Shown here: positions 9,357-18,283 of the stretch, piece after piece
Layout: every line of letters starts with the position of its first letter
How positions within the stretch are numbered: the first letter of the stretch is position 1
Source of the DNA: a virus
Taxonomy: Duplodnaviria; Caudoviricetes
IMG/VR virus record: IMGVR_UViG_3300025889_000396
Coordinates: 1 to 36,224 of that record
Length of the DNA stretch: 36,224 bases
Direction: 5' to 3' (one strand)
Program-made: the position numbers and the translations under genes
Notes under the pieces: generated by a model
What the model was told of the DNA's origin: nothing
Database searches by the model: none
Seen by the model: the letters and a program-made list of their open reading frames with translations, nothing else

Positions 9357-10868
9357 TTATTGATACTTATATCTTATAATTACAATTCCTTTACCACCAG
9401 CACCCCCACATCTTGCTCCTGGATTTGTTCTTCCTCCTCCACCGCCACCTCCAGTGTTAGCTGTTCCTGCTGTGCCTGTTGGTCCAGCTGATCCGCCTCC
9501 TCCTGGTCCACCTGATCCTACTCCACAATTACCACCACCTCCACCACCACCTGCTCTTGTAGTAGGTGTTCCATTAATTGAAGATGTTACTCCATTTCCG
9601 CCAGGTCCACCTATTCCATAAGTTGAAGCTGTAGCGTTAGAACCTGCAGAACCTATTCCTCCACCTCCACCACCTCCGTTTGGTGCAGGAGCAGCAGTAC
9701 CTCCTGGATTCCCTTGTGAAGGACTTGTTGGTGGTGTATTACCTGTTCCACCACAATAAGGAGTACCATTATCTCTAGTTCCACCTCCACCTGAACCGCC
9801 AGGTCCACCTGAATTACTACCCCAAGGATTACAAGAACCTCTTGCTCCACCGCCACCAGCAGTTGATGTAATTGTTGAAAAAACTGAATTTGAACCAGGT
9901 TGACCAGAATTAGCAGCACCAGGAGAAAGTACTCCACCTGCTCCACCTGCACCTACTGTAACTGGATATGTTGTTGCTGTAACTGTAATGCCTGTTGAAG
10001 TTGCTACAGGACTTGCTGTGTAACAACCTGAAACTGGTGTTGAATGTGATTCTCTATATCCACCAGCACCACCTCCACCACCATCATCTCTTCCACCACC
10101 ACCTCCACCTGCAATTACCAAATAATCTACTACACTAGGTCCAGCACCTGCTCCTGCTACTGAAACAGCAAAACAACCGTCTCCAGTAAAAGTGTGAATT
10201 TTATAATTACCTGATGTGGTTACTGTACCACCTGTGGCAGTAATATATGAAGTAAACCCTAAATCGGCCACATTTGATTCGTTTGTATATAACCAACCTT
10301 TTGTAGCGTCAATGTAAACTAAAACAACTGAAGCTCTATTAGTATTAATTAAAGAATCATTTGCGATACCTTGAATATTGTTTCCATTTCGTCCAATCGT
10401 TAATGCGTTTGTACCAAAAGTAGCAGCGTAATCTTTAATAGCGATTGTATCACCAGCGCTTGGAGAGCCTGGTAATGTTAGAGTATGAGCAGCAGAAGTT
10501 GTATCTATAAAATATCCATAACCTGCTGTAGCACTTGTAGCAGTTGAACCATCAGCCGTTACAACTGATTGCCAAGATACTTTACCTATACCTGTAATTG
10601 AACCACCTAATGAAACACTTGTACCATTGATTGTAATAGATGAGTTTGCAAGTTTAGCGTTAGCAATAGAACCTGCTAACATAGCATTAGTAACACTTGT
10701 ATTTGGAAGTGTAACTGTTTTACTTGATAAATCTAGTGTGGACGAAAGTTTAGCGTCCGTAATTGTACCAGGTGCAATATCAGCCGCTACAATCGTACCA
10801 TCTTCTAGCTTGTCAGCGTCAATAGCGTTATCTGTTATACCTGATTTTGTTACTTTAGTTAATGCCAT
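9357..10868 (-). CDS. Glycine-rich virion fibre/adhesin-like protein (paralog B)
   Basis: Same architecture as 78..1427; ends GGKGIVIIRYKYQ. Confidence 0.8.
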   Translation of the reverse strand: MALTKVTKSGITDNAIDADKLEDGTIVAADIAPGTITDAKLSSTLDLSSKTVTLPNTSVTNAMLAGSIANAKLANSSITINGTSVSLGGSITGIGKVSWQSVVTADGSTATSATAGYGYFIDTTSAAHTLTLPGSPSAGDTIAIKDYAATFGTNALTIGRNGNNIQGIANDSLINTNRASVVLVYIDATKGWLYTNESNVADLGFTSYITATGGTVTTSGNYKIHTFTGDGCFAVSVAGAGAGPSVVDYLVIAGGGGGGRDDGGGGGAGGYRESHSTPVSGCYTASPVATSTGITVTATTYPVTVGAGGAGGVLSPGAANSGQPGSNSVFSTITSTAGGGGARGSCNPWGSNSGGPGGSGGGGTRDNGTPYCGGTGNTPPTSPSQGNPGGTAAPAPNGGGGGGGIGSAGSNATASTYGIGGPGGNGVTSSINGTPTTRAGGGGGGGNCGVGSGGPGGGGSAGPTGTAGTANTGGGGGGGRTNPGARCGGAGGKGIVIIRYKYQ

Positions 10869-10886
10869 AGTTTTTAATTCTCTCTA

Positions 10887-10894
10887 TATTTATA
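10887..10894 (-). promoter_or_regulatory. T4-type late promoter TATAAATA
   Basis: Exact motif between paralogs C and B. Confidence 0.75.
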
Positions 10895-10903
10895 TTAATT
10901 TTT

Positions 10904-12397
10904 TTATTGGAATTTGTATCTTATGATTACAATTCCTTTGCCGCCGTTTCCTCCTTGTTGAGTTCCACTTCCACATCCTCCAGATGCACCACCTCCACCT
11001 CCAGTATTTACTGTTCCTGGAGTTCCTGACATATTTGATGTAGTTCCACCTGCTCCACCACCTCCTGCTCCACCTGCAACTGGTGTTCCAGATATGTTAG
11101 TACCACCTCCTCCACCCCCAGCATAAGTTACTGGTGAACCTGTTATTGTATTTGGTGCTCCTGCTCCTCCTGCTCCTCCTGGATAACTTCCACCAGTAGC
11201 TGTTGCTCCACCTCCAGATCCCCAAGGTGCTCCACCATTGTTACCTCCACCTCCTGGATTTCCTTGTGGTGGTGATACTGGTGGTGTGTTTCCTGCGCCT
11301 GCAGTTGGAGAACTAGTTGCTATACCTCCACCAGATCCACCATTTTTTGAACTACCAGGAGGAAAAGCTTGTGATGCACAACCAGCCCCACCTCCACCCC
11401 CTGCACTTGTAATTGTTGAAAAAATTGATGGAGTTCCCGAAGATGCTGGTCCTTGTCCTGGTGTTAATTTACCAGATCCTCCAGCTCCTACTGTAATTGG
11501 ATAAGTTGTTGCTGTTATTGGAAAAGATCCAGCATTACTTCCTGGACTTGGGAAAGTAGTACGATATCCTCCTGCTCCACCACCTCCTCCATTTACAGCT
11601 CCACCTCCTCCACCGGCCACTACTAAGTAATCTACGTTTGTAGGCCCACCTGTAGGTACCACTGGACTATTTCCTAATTGAGTAACAACAAAACAACCAT
11701 CACCTGTAAAGGTATGAATTTTATAGTCACCCGAAGTTGTTACTGTACCACCAGTTGCTGATATAAATTGTGCTTTCAGTAAACTTGATACATTATGTTC
11801 GTCTGTATATAACCAACCCTTTGTAGAGTCAACATAAACTAAAACAATTGATGCTCTGTTTGTACTAATTAAAGAATCGTTAGCAACACCTTGTATATTG
11901 TGTCCGTTTCTACTGATTGTTAATTTGTTGGTAGCAAAAGTAGCAGCATAATCTTTGATTGCTATTGTATCGCCAATAGAAGCACTGGCAGGTAAATTGA
12001 AAGTATGTGCGTTTGAAGTTGTGTCTATGAAATAACCATTTCCAGCAACTCCTGTTGTTGTTGTTGAACCATCTGCTGTAATAACAGATTGCCAACTAAC
12101 ATCAGCAACAAATGCTGTTCCTATATTAAGTGTGCCGCCTAAAGAACCACTTGCACCATTAACTGTAAAACTTGAATTTGCAAGTTTGGCATTAGCAATA
12201 GAACCTGCTAATTGATCGTTTGTAACAGATGTATTTGGTAAAGTTACTGTTTTTGAAGAATAATTTTGTGTAGAAGAAAGTTGAGTTTCTGTTATAGAAC
12301 CTTGTATTTCTACATTTTGAATTGTACCATCTTCAATTTTACTTGCGTCAATTGAACCTGTACCAAATGCGTTTTTAGGTAACTTTGTTAATGCCAT
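10904..12397 (-). CDS. Glycine-rich virion fibre/adhesin-like protein (paralog C)
   Basis: Same architecture; ends GGKGIVIIRYKFQ. Confidence 0.8.
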   Translation of the reverse strand: MALTKLPKNAFGTGSIDASKIEDGTIQNVEIQGSITETQLSSTQNYSSKTVTLPNTSVTNDQLAGSIANAKLANSSFTVNGASGSLGGTLNIGTAFVADVSWQSVITADGSTTTTGVAGNGYFIDTTSNAHTFNLPASASIGDTIAIKDYAATFATNKLTISRNGHNIQGVANDSLISTNRASIVLVYVDSTKGWLYTDEHNVSSLLKAQFISATGGTVTTSGDYKIHTFTGDGCFVVTQLGNSPVVPTGGPTNVDYLVVAGGGGGAVNGGGGGAGGYRTTFPSPGSNAGSFPITATTYPITVGAGGSGKLTPGQGPASSGTPSIFSTITSAGGGGGAGCASQAFPPGSSKNGGSGGGIATSSPTAGAGNTPPVSPPQGNPGGGGNNGGAPWGSGGGATATGGSYPGGAGGAGAPNTITGSPVTYAGGGGGGTNISGTPVAGGAGGGGAGGTTSNMSGTPGTVNTGGGGGASGGCGSGTQQGGNGGKGIVIIRYKFQ

Positions 12398-12415
12398 TTA
12401 ATCTCTCTTTTAATA

Positions 12416-12423
12416 TATTTATT
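12416..12423 (-). promoter_or_regulatory. Late promoter variant AATAAATA
   Basis: Intergenic, upstream of paralog C. Confidence 0.55.
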
Positions 12424-12424
12424 C

Positions 12425-12982
12425 TTATATTAACTGAAAATGTAAAGACAGATTCACTAAAAAGTCTTTGTTTTCATTTTTAGTAATATAACGATTTAAA
12501 TTAGATGAAAACAATATAAATCCGTCTTGTACTAAAGGCACTTTCCATCTTCTATGTTTGTTTCTTCCATCATCATATTCAAAGATAACAAAAGATTCTT
12601 TTTTACCTGTAGCAACGGTATATAAACAATCAATCTCTGGTGAATCTGCTAAATGCCAATCTTTGACATTATGATGTGTAATAACATTTTCACCTGTTTG
12701 TTGTACAATACCTCTTATACTATCCACAGGAGTTGGTACTAAAGTTCGGCCGTGTTCAAGTCTATAATGATCTCTTAACCAATCTTGTACCCATTGTATA
12801 TGTTGATGATAAGGTACCTTTACGTATTCTTTCATATACCAATATTGATTGTCGTCATATCGGTTTGTCAAAGTAAAATTTGACAATATATGATTTTTAA
12901 TCAATCGTATATCAACGGAAGATACCTTATCTAATTTTCCTTGTATAATAAACGATTCAGTAAGCCTATGCTTTTCTAACAT
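12425..12982 (-). CDS. 2OG-Fe(II) oxygenase-like (DSBH) protein, apparently degenerate metal site
   Basis: Pattern LYTV...VIFEY....FILFSSNLNRYITKN....VNLSLHF parallels the neighbours' LTFPSYLYHRSPPN...IVSFN but lacks the distal His. Confidence 0.55.
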   Translation of the reverse strand: MLEKHRLTESFIIQGKLDKVSSVDIRLIKNHILSNFTLTNRYDDNQYWYMKEYVKVPYHQHIQWVQDWLRDHYRLEHGRTLVPTPVDSIRGIVQQTGENVITHHNVKDWHLADSPEIDCLYTVATGKKESFVIFEYDDGRNKHRRWKVPLVQDGFILFSSNLNRYITKNENKDFLVNLSLHFQLI

Positions 12983-13010
12983 AATAACCTCACAATGTTA
13001 ATAATTTAAA

Positions 13011-13499
13011 TTATGCTAATGCGTTAGTTAGAACCCAACCAGTTGTGTTGTCAGCATTATAAGCATCCTCACTCCAGTTGTAAGACCATCTATGTGTACC
13101 AGCAGTATTTTGAGAAGTTTGTTCTTCTGTTAATGCTGGAGCATCTCCAATTGGTGATTTCCAAGAAGCAGAAGTAGTGTGTTTAACCCAACTTGCGTGT
13201 GGTTTAGCAGGCCAGAAAATATTATTATCTTCGTCCCAACTATAACCGATACCTGCGTAGTTACCTCTTAATGCTTTTGAAGCGTCGCCTTCGGTACCAT
13301 CGTTATTGTAGTATTTGTTACCTCTTGTATTATAAGAAGTTTGAATCCACAACTGTGCTGGCCATCCGTGTATTCTTTGTAGTTCTTGTTGTCCTACTGT
13401 TTCATCTTCTACGTTAGAAGCGTTTAACAGTTTGTCGTTATCTAAACCGTGTACGGCGATAACTTTTCCGTTTATTCCTAATTTAGCAAAATGTGCCAT
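13011..13499 (-). CDS. Conserved marine-phage 'MAHFA...NYAGIG' protein of unknown function
   Basis: MAHFAKL, WIQTSYNT and RGNYAGIGYSWD..FWPAKP..SW..W..P motifs. Strong SD AAGGAG. Confidence 0.72.
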   Translation of the reverse strand: MAHFAKLGINGKVIAVHGLDNDKLLNASNVEDETVGQQELQRIHGWPAQLWIQTSYNTRGNKYYNNDGTEGDASKALRGNYAGIGYSWDEDNNIFWPAKPHASWVKHTTSASWKSPIGDAPALTEEQTSQNTAGTHRWSYNWSEDAYNADNTTGWVLTNALA

Positions 13500-13521
13500 A
13501 TTATCTATCTCCTTTATTAGA

Positions 13522-13558
13522 TGAGCACCATAGTTCTCTTTTTAGAGTATCGTACTCA
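13522..13558 (-). other. Stem-loop in the 5' UTR of the MAHFA gene
   Basis: mRNA UGAGUAC..CUCU-AAAA-AGAG..GUGCUCA pairs, between the late promoter and the SD. Confidence 0.5.
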
Positions 13559-13576
13559 ATTAATTGTTGTTAAGAC

Positions 13577-13584
13577 TATTTATA
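13577..13584 (-). promoter_or_regulatory. T4-type late promoter TATAAATA
   Basis: Exact motif right after the 13585 stop codon. Confidence 0.75.
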
Positions 13585-14103
13585 TCAATACAAGTTTAAA
13601 TTAAAACTTACTATTGTTTTTCTTTGTTTTGATATATTAGGCGGTGATCTATGATACAAATAAGATGGAAATGTTAATATATCACCCTCCTTGACTTTAT
13701 AATTAATTTTTTGTTTTTTCTTGTAAAAACTTTCTATTTCTGTTTTTATGCTATTGTCTGGAAGTTCAACAAAATAAACACAACTAAAATGTGAATTAAT
13801 ATGAGTATGCCAATGGTGTGTGTCATTTTGTTGATATTGTTGAAACCACATATTAATAATTTGTAAATCAATACAGTTACGATTTTTAAATAAGTCAAGT
13901 AAATGTTTTACAAATAATGGTTTTAATATCTTTTGATATTTCAAACTATCTTTATCTTTGTAATTAAAATCAGTTTTTGTAATATAATCATTATCACTTT
14001 TATCCAAACCAGCAATTGAAGAATCTAATAAATCAAATTCTTCTAATAAAGGTTTTTTAATATCTAAATGATTATCAAATGATTTTACAAATAATTCTTT
14101 CAT
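13585..14103 (-). CDS. Putative 2OG-Fe(II) oxygenase (TIGR02466-like)
   Basis: WFQQY....HHWHTH....SCVYF and EGDILTFPSYLYHRSPPN...RKTIVSFN (HxH...H triad). Confidence 0.8.
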   Translation of the reverse strand: MKELFVKSFDNHLDIKKPLLEEFDLLDSSIAGLDKSDNDYITKTDFNYKDKDSLKYQKILKPLFVKHLLDLFKNRNCIDLQIINMWFQQYQQNDTHHWHTHINSHFSCVYFVELPDNSIKTEIESFYKKKQKINYKVKEGDILTFPSYLYHRSPPNISKQRKTIVSFNLNLY

Positions 14104-14558
14104 TAAAAAGTTCCATATGAAAGTATAGCTCTAGGCGATAAAGATATTGCTTGATGTGTTATATTTTTAGGAATAAAAAGTAAATCACCTTTATTAATAT
14201 TAAATTCTTCATTATTAATTTTATAAACAGTTTTACCAAAAAAACCTATTATATAAACATCTTCAAAATCTGAATGTGCAATACTTGAAGAGCCTGATAC
14301 AAAAGAAAAGTACATATCAATATTACTTTGTTTTTTCTTTTTATTGAATTGTTTATCTAAACCTTGATGTAAATTATTAAACTCTTTTAGTGTATGAACG
14401 TTTTTCATAACAAACGAAGAATTTAAAATAAAATTGTTTAGATAATTTGAACTAGCTGAGGTTGTAATATTATTTTTATCTAACAATTCTGATATAGAAT
14501 TAAAATCAAAATTATTTTCAAACTTAATAAAATTGTTTTTTATATAAACTTGAGTCAT
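14103..14558 (-). CDS. Cupin/JmjC-like 2OG-Fe(II) oxygenase
   Basis: AHSDFEDVYIIG..GK and KGDLLFIPKNITHQA (HxD...H), a JmjC/YcfD-like pattern. Confidence 0.75.
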   Translation of the reverse strand: MTQVYIKNNFIKFENNFDFNSISELLDKNNITTSASSNYLNNFILNSSFVMKNVHTLKEFNNLHQGLDKQFNKKKKQSNIDMYFSFVSGSSSIAHSDFEDVYIIGFFGKTVYKINNEEFNINKGDLLFIPKNITHQAISLSPRAILSYGTF

Positions 14559-14559
14559 A

Positions 14560-15126
14560 TTAATAAAACGTTAACCAACCTGTAACAATATATTTTTCAT
14601 CTTTTTTACTTATAACACCTTTATGAGTATGAGTAAAATCTGTTGGCCATATTAAAGTTAATCCTTTTTTTGCTTGTGTTTTTAAATTATAATATTTAAA
14701 TTCAGTTCCTGCATTTTTAACTGTATTTAAGTAAGTCATAAAAACTAACACTCTACTATTGTTTACAGGCCTTTCACAATGATATGTTTTATATCCTCCA
14801 CCAGGTGGATAATATTGTATATTAAAGTTTTCTTTTAATCCAAAAGGTTGATAGCCTTGTAATTGTTCATATCGTTTAGTATATAATGTAACACATTCTT
14901 TTAAACAAGTAAAATAATTATTAAAATAAGTATTAGTAGGTTTAATAATCATATCAATTGATTCTTTTTCATTTTTATCTACTATTGAACCAAATTTTGA
15001 ATTTTCTATTGTGCCATAATGTTTATTTGTTTCTTTTTGAAAATAATCTATAACCTCATCACATACTTTTTCAGGTATATACCAACCACCTATAAAAGTA
15101 TCAAATTTAAATTTGTGTTCTTTCAT
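14560..15126 (-). CDS. 2OG-Fe(II) oxygenase, prolyl-4-hydroxylase-like family
   Basis: NIQYYPPGGGYKTYHCE, RVLVFMTYLN, GTEF, KGLTLIWP..FTHTHKG, KYIVTGW. Start placed at MKEHKF (TAATG overlap) rather than 15147. Confidence 0.85.
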   Translation of the reverse strand: MKEHKFKFDTFIGGWYIPEKVCDEVIDYFQKETNKHYGTIENSKFGSIVDKNEKESIDMIIKPTNTYFNNYFTCLKECVTLYTKRYEQLQGYQPFGLKENFNIQYYPPGGGYKTYHCERPVNNSRVLVFMTYLNTVKNAGTEFKYYNLKTQAKKGLTLIWPTDFTHTHKGVISKKDEKYIVTGWLTFY

Positions 15127-15713
15127 TATTTTCTCCAAACAAAACACTCATCATAAATAGACATATGATTGTTAATATTATTTTCTTCTCTATATTCTTT
15201 AACCGCTTGTTGTATGGATTGAGTATAATAATCGTGGCCAATATATAATCCATCTTTTTTAAGTTTAGGATACCAAACTTTTAAATCATTTTTTGCCTGT
15301 TCGTAACTTAAATATGAGTCTAAAAAAATAAAATCAAAATAATTATTTTTAAATTTTTTAACAGCATTATCTGTATAATCTTTTATAATAACGGCTTTAT
15401 CTTTATGACCAGACCATTTAACTCTATGACGGCAAGTCATTTCTGCCCACTCAACTTCTTTTTCGTAATTAGTATAATCAGGTTTATTTAAATCACCAGA
15501 TACCACATAATCAGAATAAGGCTTCCAAACATCTACACCATATAATGTTTTAATATTTGTACAGGCTTGTAAAATACAGGCAAAACTATCTCCTGAAAAT
15601 AGTCCTAATTCTATACCAACAATATCTTTTCCTTGTTGAGCAATTAAATGTAAACAACTATTGATTGGGGAAATAAATTTTCTTTGTTGATGTATAAAGT
15701 CATAATATTTCAT
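15126..15713 (-). CDS. Class I SAM-dependent methyltransferase (Methyltransf_24-like)
   Basis: GIELGLFSGDS (motif I), LYGVDVW, FDFIFLD and WYPKLKKDGLYIGHDY. Confidence 0.85.
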   Translation of the reverse strand: MKYYDFIHQQRKFISPINSCLHLIAQQGKDIVGIELGLFSGDSFACILQACTNIKTLYGVDVWKPYSDYVVSGDLNKPDYTNYEKEVEWAEMTCRHRVKWSGHKDKAVIIKDYTDNAVKKFKNNYFDFIFLDSYLSYEQAKNDLKVWYPKLKKDGLYIGHDYYTQSIQQAVKEYREENNINNHMSIYDECFVWRK

Positions 15714-15726
15714 AATATAAATTTAT

Positions 15727-16275
15727 TTATTTGTGATTTATAAAGTAAAATTTTGTATAGTCTTTATTCCATTTTTTTTCAACTTTATAAGCCATATTAA
15801 TAGAAAAAATAATACGAGTATCTTCAGATAAATTAGGCGTAGAACTATGATTAACTCTACTGTCAAATAATATACAGTCATCTTCTTTTAAATTAGTCTT
15901 ATGACCATCTAAAATTAAATCACCTGAATTTGCAGGTTTTTTGATATTATATACACCACTAATTTGAGGTATGTTTTTTAATATAGGATTATAAGTATCA
16001 AAATGATTATGTTCTTTTACATATCCATTTTTATTATAGACATTACACCATAAATCCAAAAGGTAATAATCTTTACCTGCTTCTTTTTTAAATTTTTTGA
16101 CAATGTTAGATAAAAATAAATATTTTTGATATTCTAAAACAAATTCATAAGTAGAAAGACCTTCTTCTACCAATCTATGATTATTAAATTTTATTTGATG
16201 AATATAATCTAATATTTTATTTTTAGTTGATGAATTATATTTAAATATTTTTGTTTCAAACAATTGTGTATTCAT
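15727..16275 (-). CDS. Putative 2OG-Fe(II) oxygenase (TIGR02466-like)
   Basis: WCNVY...YVKEHNH, ISGVY, SGDL and ILFDSRVNHSSTPN...TRIIFSIN. Confidence 0.8.
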   Translation of the reverse strand: MNTQLFETKIFKYNSSTKNKILDYIHQIKFNNHRLVEEGLSTYEFVLEYQKYLFLSNIVKKFKKEAGKDYYLLDLWCNVYNKNGYVKEHNHFDTYNPILKNIPQISGVYNIKKPANSGDLILDGHKTNLKEDDCILFDSRVNHSSTPNLSEDTRIIFSINMAYKVEKKWNKDYTKFYFINHK

Positions 16276-16298
16276 TGATTGTCATAATAAAAATTAAA

Positions 16299-17522
16299 TT
16301 AGTTTTGGAATTTATATTTAACTAATACGATTCCTTTACCACCAGCAGTACCACCTGAGTCCCCTCTAGCACCACCGCCTGTATTTGCTTGACCAGCACC
16401 GCCTGAAACAGGATTTGTACCTGCACCTCCAGCACCTCCAGGATAACCTTGTCCTCCACCACCACCTGAATAATATTGATTAGAAGCATATGTTGGATTA
16501 GCGTCACCTAAACCTACTTGGGTATAAGTACCAAATTGAGGAGAAACGTCTAAACCTTGTCCACCTCGTCTTAAATTTCCAGGTGACTCAGGATTTTGAC
16601 CACCAACACTTGTAGCACCACCGCCACCGCCGCCTAAGCATCCTGGTCCAGGACCTCCTGCGCTTCCATAATTTGTTCCGCCAGGATTTGGTTGAGAAGG
16701 TTGAGTAGCTGAACCACCACCACCTCTAGGGTTTCCTCCACCACCAGAACCTCCAGAACTACCTCCACCAAATTCTCCTGCCCCATATCCACCACCAACA
16801 GCAGTAAATCCTAAACCTGATGAACTTGAACCAGCTGTACCAGCAACGTTATTAGAGTTAGTACCATTTCCTCCAGCACCAACTGTAATAGGATAAGTTG
16901 TTGCTGAAACTGTTTTTCCACAAGATGGAGTAATAACTAATCCTCCAGCACCTCCACCACCACCGTAGAAAGCACCTCCTCCACCGCCACCAGCAACAAC
17001 TAATACTTCAACTTTAGTTGATCCATAAGGATTACCAGCACAAGAAACGACAAAACTACCATCTCCTGTAAATGCGTGGATTTTATAATCTGTATTATAA
17101 GTTTGAACTGTACCACCAGTTGCAGTTACATATAAAGGATAACCTGCTAAATTAGTTTTATTTCCTTCGTGTACCATTAACCAACCTCTACTTGTTCCAG
17201 AGTATGTTAATGTTGTTGCGATACCTTCAGTAGAAATAACAATCGTATCAGCATCAAATCCTTCAATCTTATGACCATTTCTATTAATAGAAACATTATT
17301 GTCATCAAAAGTTAAAGCGAAATCTCTAATTACAATAGTGTCACCCACAGCTGGATTTGAAGGTAGTACAACTGTATGAGTAAAACTTGTAGTGTCTATA
17401 AAATATCCTTTTCCTGATTCTAGGTTTGTATTTGTTGAACCGTCAGCAGTAATAACACTCTGCCATTGGACAGCAGCATTAGCAACATTTGATACATTTT
17501 TTTCTGTAATTTTAGTTGTCAT
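16299..17522 (-). CDS. Glycine-rich virion fibre/adhesin-like protein (paralog D, short N-terminus)
   Basis: WQSVITADGST..YFIDTT domain, ATGGTVQTYNTDYKIHAFTGDG hinge, polyGly runs and GGKGIVLVKYKFQN. Confidence 0.8.
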   Translation of the reverse strand: MTTKITEKNVSNVANAAVQWQSVITADGSTNTNLESGKGYFIDTTSFTHTVVLPSNPAVGDTIVIRDFALTFDDNNVSINRNGHKIEGFDADTIVISTEGIATTLTYSGTSRGWLMVHEGNKTNLAGYPLYVTATGGTVQTYNTDYKIHAFTGDGSFVVSCAGNPYGSTKVEVLVVAGGGGGGAFYGGGGGAGGLVITPSCGKTVSATTYPITVGAGGNGTNSNNVAGTAGSSSSGLGFTAVGGGYGAGEFGGGSSGGSGGGGNPRGGGGSATQPSQPNPGGTNYGSAGGPGPGCLGGGGGGATSVGGQNPESPGNLRRGGQGLDVSPQFGTYTQVGLGDANPTYASNQYYSGGGGGQGYPGGAGGAGTNPVSGGAGQANTGGGARGDSGGTAGGKGIVLVKYKFQN

Positions 17523-17535
17523 AATTCTATATCTC

Positions 17536-17543
17536 TATTTATT
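17536..17543 (-). promoter_or_regulatory. Late promoter variant AATAAATA
   Basis: Overlaps the 17542 stop, upstream of paralog D. Confidence 0.5.
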
Positions 17544-18261
17544 AACTTCCTTGTACAGGCAACTCTTGTATTTTTATAGCAATACCACTTGCTGGTGCTG
17601 TTGTAAATGTTAAAGTTGTACCTGATATTGAAAAATCGGTTGTAGGTGTTTGAACGATACCGTTTTCTGTAACGACCACAGAATCATCTGTCATACCACT
17701 TGTTACTGTAAATGCAACTGTTGAACCATCTCCAGTTGCTGTTCTTGTATTATAAGTTAGAGTAATAATTGGTGAGAAATTTGCTTTTGTTACTTTTTTA
17801 ATTTCTGAAGCAGAAACGTCATAAGTTAAAATATAATCTCCTGTTGCAGGAGTAGAATCTTCAGTTGATCCTACAATTATATTTGCCAATGATAATTTCT
17901 TTAATGCACTTGCTGAATTGTCATAAACTAAAAATGTATCAGCACCTTGTACACCTGTTGTTAATGCTGTTTGACTTGTAATTACGCCAGTACCGAAAGT
18001 TGCAACTTCCAAGGCCACTCCTAAGAAGATTACAAAGACTGTATCTGAGGACGCTGGTGCAGCCGTAAATGTGATTGCTGTTCCGTTACTTGATAAATTG
18101 TAAGCAACTTCTGGTTCCTGATGAACCCCAGCAACTGACACTAATACAGACGAGGCCGAACCTACTGTATAATCTAAACTAAATGTAACCGTAGAACCGT
18201 CACCTGTGAGAGTTTGTTTCTCAAATGCGCCGTATTGGGGATCTCGTCCTATATATGCCAT
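17542..18261 (-). CDS. MAYIG-type virion protein with two TGDGST..APASG beta modules (putative adaptor)
   Basis: MAYIGRDP start and two TGDGSTVxF..V..GV.Q.P..Y/F...TLTF..APAS modules. Paralog of 19594..20241. Confidence 0.7.
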   Translation of the reverse strand: MAYIGRDPQYGAFEKQTLTGDGSTVTFSLDYTVGSASSVLVSVAGVHQEPEVAYNLSSNGTAITFTAAPASSDTVFVIFLGVALEVATFGTGVITSQTALTTGVQGADTFLVYDNSASALKKLSLANIIVGSTEDSTPATGDYILTYDVSASEIKKVTKANFSPIITLTYNTRTATGDGSTVAFTVTSGMTDDSVVVTENGIVQTPTTDFSISGTTLTFTTAPASGIAIKIQELPVQGS

Positions 18262-18283
18262 TGTTATTTAATTCCTTTATTCA

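Noticed and set aside
9357-12397. Collagen-like (Gly-X-Y)n fibres or CRISPR-like repeats in the CCACC-rich DNA
   Set aside because: The glycines occur as runs, not a strict triplet register, and the DNA repeats are simply Gly codons without regular spacers.
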